Positions 58,345-64,000 of a stretch of 64,000 nucleotides of DNA are shown here, piece after piece. Numbering within the stretch: position 1 is the first letter of the stretch; each line of letters begins with the position of its first letter. Both the position numbers and the translations under genes were made by a program. This stretch comes from a virus (lineage: Duplodnaviria; Caudoviricetes). The stretch covers positions 928-64,927 of the IMG/VR virus record IMGVR_UViG_3300025009_000099. The stretch is one strand, 5' to 3'. The notes under the pieces are model-generated. The model did no database searches. It had not been told where the DNA came from and worked only from the letters and a program-made list of their open reading frames with translations.

Positions 58345-58395
58345 TCCACCACCAATTTTCTAATTGTTGTTTTATTACAAAATGTAATATAGAAA

Positions 58396-58725
58396 TTAAG
58401 TTGTAGGACAAATATCTAAAAAAGAAATAGTAATCTTATTCCAAGGTATTCCTAAAGGCCAACCAGCATCATATAAAATAACATAAAAAGTATAAATTCC
58501 AGGATCTATATCAAGAGTGCCTAAATTAAGTCGAAGAATTCCACTACCAATACTCCAATCAAACATTGATGCTTGAGCAGGAACTGCTGAAGATATTGTA
58601 AGCCCACAACCTTCACGAACTAAGTCTACCTGAGTTATATTGGTCAAATCTATAAAACCATTAGGCCCCATTATAACAATATCCTTAGGATCGTTTCTAT
58701 CAAGATATACAGTTATAGCTATCAT
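58396..58725 (-). CDS. Small Ig-like structural protein
   Basis: beta-rich; IDLTNIT...PGIYTFYV. Confidence 0.45.
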   Translation of the reverse strand: MIAITVYLDRNDPKDIVIMGPNGFIDLTNITQVDLVREGCGLTISSAVPAQASMFDWSIGSGILRLNLGTLDIDPGIYTFYVILYDAGWPLGIPWNKITISFLDICPTT

Positions 58726-61613
58726 AAGAGTTCCAAAATCCTAATAGGTGTTACATCCATAATTTCTCTATGAGAATCAATTGCATCAATAAGACGTACA
58801 GAAGATGAATCCACTAAGTATCTTTGATTTACAGCTGGAATTAGACTTGCAGAGCCGTTATATGCAACATAACCACTGGTAGTATATGAGCCATCTCCTG
58901 CCATTAATGCTCTGATAAGTATGGAAAAAGCTTCAACACCAGCAGAAGTATAATTTCCTGAATCTGCACTAAAATCAGTAAATGTTCCAACAACTAATGA
59001 ACCATCAACTCCAGTAATTCCTACAGCCTTATAAGCAGCTTCAACAGCTCTAGCTACAATTACAGAAGCAGGTATTCCAGTTATTGCTATAGAGCCATTA
59101 TCACTATGTAAAGATCTAGTTATTGTTAAAGTTGTATTTTCACCACTAGTTACTACTTCTCCAGCTTCAGCAATTAATGATAAACCTGAGGCTAAAGTTG
59201 CAATCTGTCCTGAAATACTGAAACTTTCAGAACCAGCAAAAACAGACAGATCAACTCCAATCAATTCTCCTGATATAAATATGATACCAGGATTAGCATA
59301 TACAATTTTCTCAGCAGTAATTAGATCAAAATCAACTGCATAGCCTTCAATTATATAGCTTTCTGATAAAGCTTCTATAACATGAGATGTTACAATTGTA
59401 ACAGCATAACCACTAAGTATAACTGTTCCGTATGCTGCATCAAGTACTCGTCCAACATTAGTTGAAGCAATATATCCTACTAGACTAGTAGCAGCTGGAC
59501 CTAATATAAGCACTCTAGTTGCAGCTATATTAGAAATACTTCCTGATGTAGATAATGTTCCGCTATTTAATAGAACTGTTCTTGTAGTAGTTATAGCAGA
59601 AGTAGACCCTGAAACTTGTACTACTCCAGAATCTATAGGAAAACTTCTAGATAAAGTCTCAGTTACACTTACACCACTGGTAGTAATCTCTCCAGCCGTA
59701 GTAGTAAGAATCTTATCTATAGTCAGAGATGCATCCTGACCAGAAACACTTAATGTACCGGAAGATAATTCCCAAGATCTACTAAAGACTATATCTAAGC
59801 CATTTATTACTGTATTATCTGAATTGGCTTGAAGAATTTGTTCTGCAGCAGTTAAGTCAAACTCAGTTACATAGCCTGTAATGTCATATGGACCATATAA
59901 AGCTGCTATAACATAAGTTGTCCTAGCGGTGGCTTCTTGCCCAGTAATGACTACTGTTTCAGAAACTGCGTTAAGATCATTTACCTGCCTGCTTAAAGTG
60001 GCATTAACTCCAGAAAAACTATATGCAGTAGACTCTGTATAGAGTGTCCGATCTACTACTGTAGTAGCAGTCCTTCCTGAAATCTGTGTTGAACCTACAT
60101 CAGCAGTAGATGTAAAAGTCTTAACAAAATCTACTGATAATCCAGTAATTGCAACAATTCCTGGTAAGGCTACAATCTGCCTTACAATTACACTTGTACT
60201 ATCTGTACCAGTAATATCTATTGATCCAGGTAATGCATATACAAGAGCATCTGTGAATATTAAATTCCCTAAAGAATCTAATATTGGATCTCCTAAATCA
60301 TCCCGAAGAATATTATCAAACTGAGAAAAGCCTGTAACTAGAATTTCACCAGGGTAAGAAATTTGTCCAGCAAATATAGAAAATTCTGCATATATTCCTG
60401 TAAATGTAATTACACCAGTATCAAATTCTCCTTTACGAACACTAGTAATTGTTGCTGCAGATCCAGAAAGATTATTTGCTCCAGGAGCAGTTGATAGATT
60501 TCTCTCTGCAAAAATACTTGCAGGAAAATCTCCAATTAAGAGCTCTCCAGATTCTAAATTAAATCCTGATACTACTTCAAACGATACTTCTAATCCTGTA
60601 ATTACTACACTAAATACCATTACAGGTAATATGTACGGACCATCTGTTAGTATCCAATCTCCATCACTATCCAGAATAGCATTGCCATCTGAATCATACA
60701 GAACACTATCAGTAATTACTGAAGATACATATGTTAATTCAGCACTTATTCCTACAACAAGAATCTCACCAGGATCAGCAGAGATTTCTTTAAATCTCTC
60801 AAACTCTACAGCAAGTCCAGTTATTTCTATAGAACCTAAAGCAGCAACTAAATCATATGGCCCACCAGTAAGGATTTGATCACCAGTACTATCAGTAATA
60901 TCCTCCCCTGTAGAATCAGTAAGAACATTATCTCCAGCTTCTGCAACTCCTAATTCGAATGAAACATCAACTCCAGTTACAACATAACTCTCAGTCCCTA
61001 CTGAGATGTTACTATCTTTGCTAAGTATCGGATCAACACCAGTAAGTGCCATTGCACCTGGATTACCAGTAACATTAGCTAATCTAATTACCGAACCTAA
61101 TGCACCTGAAATAACTTGAGCCACAGGCTCAGCATTCATTGCCGGAGATTCGTAATATACTACTAAATAAACATGATCTACTGAACGAGCATAACTACCA
61201 ACATTAGACGGCTTGAGCAGAACTCCAAAGGTCGAAGCATTGACTTCAGAAGCAGTAAGAGTGTTACCAAGAAGATCTGCTTCTCCGCCAACAGTGAATG
61301 TCTGATCAGTATTTGCTACAGTTGCAGAGAATGCTGATGCCGTGCCGACGCCTGCTGAACCATCCTTGGTGAGTTGAACAGTCAGCTCTCGACGAGCAGT
61401 GTTATTTCCTGATCCTTGATACTCAGTAACAATCTCAATACCTAATATTGTACTACTAACAGGAATTGAGAATCCGAATCCAGTCGCTGCCATAATGGCA
61501 GTAGTCAGCGATGCTGTAGCTCTCAGATCATTAGAGCTATAAACATTGGAGACATTGCTCCAGCCAGTGACTATGCTGGCTGAAGCGGTAGGATTACGGG
61601 TCGAGGATGCCAT
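58722..61613 (-). CDS. Long repeat-rich fibre/structural protein (963 aa)
   Basis: GFGFSIP..STILGIEI N-domain; many GxxxITG repeats; three LxDxxGxxIxDxxG units. Confidence 0.6.
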   Translation of the reverse strand: MASSTRNPTASASIVTGWSNVSNVYSSNDLRATASLTTAIMAATGFGFSIPVSSTILGIEIVTEYQGSGNNTARRELTVQLTKDGSAGVGTASAFSATVANTDQTFTVGGEADLLGNTLTASEVNASTFGVLLKPSNVGSYARSVDHVYLVVYYESPAMNAEPVAQVISGALGSVIRLANVTGNPGAMALTGVDPILSKDSNISVGTESYVVTGVDVSFELGVAEAGDNVLTDSTGEDITDSTGDQILTGGPYDLVAALGSIEITGLAVEFERFKEISADPGEILVVGISAELTYVSSVITDSVLYDSDGNAILDSDGDWILTDGPYILPVMVFSVVITGLEVSFEVVSGFNLESGELLIGDFPASIFAERNLSTAPGANNLSGSAATITSVRKGEFDTGVITFTGIYAEFSIFAGQISYPGEILVTGFSQFDNILRDDLGDPILDSLGNLIFTDALVYALPGSIDITGTDSTSVIVRQIVALPGIVAITGLSVDFVKTFTSTADVGSTQISGRTATTVVDRTLYTESTAYSFSGVNATLSRQVNDLNAVSETVVITGQEATARTTYVIAALYGPYDITGYVTEFDLTAAEQILQANSDNTVINGLDIVFSRSWELSSGTLSVSGQDASLTIDKILTTTAGEITTSGVSVTETLSRSFPIDSGVVQVSGSTSAITTTRTVLLNSGTLSTSGSISNIAATRVLILGPAATSLVGYIASTNVGRVLDAAYGTVILSGYAVTIVTSHVIEALSESYIIEGYAVDFDLITAEKIVYANPGIIFISGELIGVDLSVFAGSESFSISGQIATLASGLSLIAEAGEVVTSGENTTLTITRSLHSDNGSIAITGIPASVIVARAVEAAYKAVGITGVDGSLVVGTFTDFSADSGNYTSAGVEAFSILIRALMAGDGSYTTSGYVAYNGSASLIPAVNQRYLVDSSSVRLIDAIDSHREIMDVTPIRILELL

Positions 61614-61614
61614 A

Positions 61615-62046
61615 TTAGGCGATGGTCATGATCGTGCCAGGAGAGGCATTATTAAACTTGACCGTGAAGGTTTCAGTATCAGCTAATGTAATAGACGATC
61701 CATAATCCCACCAAGAAATAAGTGCATCAGCTGGAGAGGTTGCAGTATCATTATACAGGATCGCATACCTGAACGGGCCTATACCACCAGATGTAGCAGT
61801 AAAGACAACCTGCGTTCCAGAGATGGTCATCGTACCGCTAGCTTCAGACGTAGTAATCGTCGTAGCTGTAGGAGTATAACCATTTGCCGCTGCAGGAGCA
61901 GCATGATTAGTTACCGCATCAAAAGATACTTGAGTGTTGACTGGAGCGACGTTAGTCAAGGCAATCTTGAAAACATGTGCTGAAAAATCATGCTTCCCCT
62001 TTGCCAACTGCTCTGCAAAATCCTGAAATTTATTATACGTTGCCAT
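61615..62046 (-). CDS. Small virion structural protein (fibre-associated family)
   Basis: FKIALTN...GYT...GPFRYAILYNDT..LISWWDYG. Confidence 0.6.
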   Translation of the reverse strand: MATYNKFQDFAEQLAKGKHDFSAHVFKIALTNVAPVNTQVSFDAVTNHAAPAAANGYTPTATTITTSEASGTMTISGTQVVFTATSGGIGPFRYAILYNDTATSPADALISWWDYGSSITLADTETFTVKFNNASPGTIMTIA

Positions 62047-62066
62047 ATCTCACCTAAATTGAATTT

Positions 62067-62450
62067 TTAAATTTTACTTACTTCAAGAATTATTGAATAA
62101 GAATCTCCAGCAGTATGGCCTACCGTAGTAAATAACAAATCTCCAGTAACACCACTTCCAGCATTATTTTTAATACCACCAAAATCAGAAAAATCCAAAA
62201 AGCCTGTTTGATTTGCTGCAATAGCATATGCAAGAACATCTGTTGTAGCATCCCAAAGCATTCGTACTGCCATACCATCAGTAGTAAACCAAATTTTATT
62301 AATAGTTACTTTAGTTGGAGCATCTACCAATGTACTAACATCAACTTTTACAACAGCAGACTCACCTGTTCCATCAGAAATATTAGTAAACTTTAAAATA
62401 GATTTTTTCGCTCCATCGAAAATTGTTTGTGAAGTTATTGCATCAGCCAT
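62067..62450 (-). CDS. Virion structural protein
   Basis: KFTNISDGTGESAVVKVDVS...GDLLFTT. Confidence 0.6.
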   Translation of the reverse strand: MADAITSQTIFDGAKKSILKFTNISDGTGESAVVKVDVSTLVDAPTKVTINKIWFTTDGMAVRMLWDATTDVLAYAIAANQTGFLDFSDFGGIKNNAGSGVTGDLLFTTVGHTAGDSYSIILEVSKI

Positions 62451-62461
62451 AATATCACCTA

Positions 62462-62866
62462 TTAACTAACAGTACAAACACTAGATATCAATAAGGAACC
62501 ATCAGGCTTAATAAAAACAACCCAATAATCATCGGCAACAGCAGTAATAGTCAGTCCCAATAATCCGGCCGCAGTAGTCGTAAACAAGCTCGGACCTGCA
62601 CTTCCAAGATTCTTAAGTGCACCATTAGTCAAGACAGCTAAAGTCGTATCAGCTAAATCAATTGTTAGTCCAGTAGCTACTTCACTTAAGTAAAGCAATC
62701 CAGATACCGGAGCCGTAAGAGCATTACCAGAAACATCTTTGAAAGCAAATTGAACTGCACAGGAACCTGATGCAGGTGTAGCAGTAGTAGTTACTGATGC
62801 GAAAGCAGGAAAGATTGCATTACCTTCAAAAGTCGGACCAGTTTTACCAAAAGAATATTTTCCCAT
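62462..62866 (-). CDS. Virion structural protein
   Basis: First gene after the MCP. Confidence 0.55.
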   Translation of the reverse strand: MGKYSFGKTGPTFEGNAIFPAFASVTTTATPASGSCAVQFAFKDVSGNALTAPVSGLLYLSEVATGLTIDLADTTLAVLTNGALKNLGSAGPSLFTTTAAGLLGLTITAVADDYWVVFIKPDGSLLISSVCTVS

Positions 62867-62889
62867 TTTACCACCCTTTCCTTAGAGTA

Positions 62890-62917
62890 GCGTTGGAAGA
62901 TTGGGGCCTTCCAACGC
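62890..62917 (-). other. Stem-loop after the MCP (attenuator/stabiliser candidate)
   Basis: GCGTTGGAAG/CTTCCAACGC 10-bp stem, no U-tract. Confidence 0.55.
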
Positions 62918-62941
62918 CAGTATTAAAATTTAGTCTTGACC

Positions 62942-62956
62942 GTTCACTTATGAACA
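62942..62956. promoter_or_regulatory. GTTCA-N4-TGAAC palindrome (copy 4)
   Basis: Minus strand reads TGTTCATAAGTGAAC, identical to 7099-7113. Confidence 0.55.
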
Positions 62957-62964
62957 CCAAGTTA

Positions 62965-63888
62965 TCATGCAGCACCAGGTGATCCAAAAATACCTCGCGG
63001 ATCAGACCAACCAAACGAACCACGGAAAGTCGCTTTGAACTTTGCATTCTCCGTATCAAAGTCATTCTCAGTTCCAAACGCATCCGGCCGCCTTTCCATA
63101 TACTTCAGGCCATCAGGACAGTTGGTCTTAATAAACCATGCATCACTATCAGTCAGGTAATGATTCACAGCAATGCCCTGCGGAAACTTCTTCGATGCCC
63201 GAATTGCATTGATATCATTATTTGCGCTGCCGGACTGTCCAATAGATTCGAGAATCCGCATAGCGTCAAACTCAAGAGCCGTGGGGATGATCAACTTTTG
63301 GGGCATAATCGCAATCTTGAGCCCACGATCAGTAGTGAATGCAGCAATGTCAATACATGCCTGCTCGAGAGCAGCCTCACTAAGATCTGCAGCAGTCGCA
63401 AGTTCATTCCGCCACGTACCACCGGACTTATTTGGATGATCAGTAGCACAAAGCTCCTTACCATCAGAATTAGTCCCCATAGTATAAGCAGCAGTAAACG
63501 CCCGATTGAGTATGTTTGCTCCAATGATCTCTTTGGTCTGTCGAATGGAGAAGGCCAGAGCATTTGCACGACGCAGAGCAACCGTAACAGCTATACCATC
63601 TTCATACATTTCCCGAGTAATAATAAACCCGAGGCCGTACGTTACATGAGTATAGCGACTAACAAAGCCCTGCTCCTGCTCATCATACGCAATCCCTGCA
63701 CCTTCAGTCTTCACCGCAGCAAGACCGAAACCAGTTACACCAGCTTCCTCTTCGAAAGCCTTTGTAGAGTTACCCTTTTCAAAAATGTCCAAATACTCAA
63801 TCGGATACTCTTTATATTTCTGACCGAACCAAGTCTTGACCCCAGGCACCAGATCTTTTGCAAAATTACTAGTAGTAATAATACCCAT
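62965..63888 (-). CDS. Major capsid protein
   Basis: 307 aa; GFGLAAVKTEG, YGLGFIITREMYED, DGKELCATDHP, PQKLIIP, GWSDPRGIFGS; AAGGAG RBS. Confidence 0.85.
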   Translation of the reverse strand: MGIITTSNFAKDLVPGVKTWFGQKYKEYPIEYLDIFEKGNSTKAFEEEAGVTGFGLAAVKTEGAGIAYDEQEQGFVSRYTHVTYGLGFIITREMYEDGIAVTVALRRANALAFSIRQTKEIIGANILNRAFTAAYTMGTNSDGKELCATDHPNKSGGTWRNELATAADLSEAALEQACIDIAAFTTDRGLKIAIMPQKLIIPTALEFDAMRILESIGQSGSANNDINAIRASKKFPQGIAVNHYLTDSDAWFIKTNCPDGLKYMERRPDAFGTENDFDTENAKFKATFRGSFGWSDPRGIFGSPGAA

Positions 63889-63940
63889 TTGTAAGCTCCT
63901 TTAAATGATGATTAAATAGCAGAAGTTAATAAGCAACTAA

Positions 63941-64000
63941 TTAAACATCAGTTGAAATAGTCAGGCCCAGCTCATGCTCTCCGAAAAGAATTTCCCACTT
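63941..64000 (-). CDS. 3' end of the gene preceding the MCP (possible capsid decoration protein), partial
   Basis: Reads ...KWEILFGEHELGLTISTDV* from the window edge. Confidence 0.4.
   Translation of the reverse strand, partial: KWEILFGEHELGLTISTDV

Noticed and set aside
63160-63894. 244-aa + strand ORF, and the many other antisense ORFs in the track
   Set aside because: Shadow frames of well-supported genes on the opposite strand; no RBS or motifs
1-64000. Prophage/integration module, diversity-generating retroelement, introns/inteins, alternative genetic code, dZ (PurZ) or deazaguanine pathway
   Set aside because: No integrase, reverse transcriptase, homing endonuclease or such biosynthetic genes recognised; conserved genes are intact under the standard code and TAA, TAG and TGA all act as stops

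Overview
The window is almost a whole ~65-kb tailed dsDNA phage genome (Caudoviricetes, podovirus-like gene set; no integrase or CI-type repressor seen). It is circularly permuted: the scaffold gene is cut at the left edge and the capsid region at the right edge. There are two opposed arms. The + strand early/replication arm (~7.5-35.2 kb) has sigma70 promoters, many small ORFs, five RHH-type regulators, NADAR, SF1 helicase, a PD-(D/E)XK nuclease-AAA-SSB module, NAD-dependent ligase, MazG, a ParB-methyltransferase fusion, UDG-fused PolA with His at position 762, a DUF3987-type ATPase, DEDDh exonuclease and ThyX. The - strand morphogenesis arm has TerS/TerL, portal, GroES, scaffold, MCP, fibre proteins, lysis genes and an 1834-aa ejection-type protein. 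The arms meet at a hairpin terminator at 35.2 kb. Most notable unexplained structure: (i) a ~560-bp helically phased CACC repeat array with nested palindromes, IHF-like sites and an embedded promoter driving one of three paralogous RHH proteins; (ii) four early proteins sharing one C-terminal helical tail; (iii) four consecutive late-operon genes with Sec/lipoprotein signal peptides, including fibre-, lectin- and beta-helix-like domains; (iv) a GTTCA-N4-TGAAC palindrome at four intergenic sites; (v) a cloverleaf RNA flanked by a 7-bp direct repeat. All product calls come from motif recognition by eye, not database searches.
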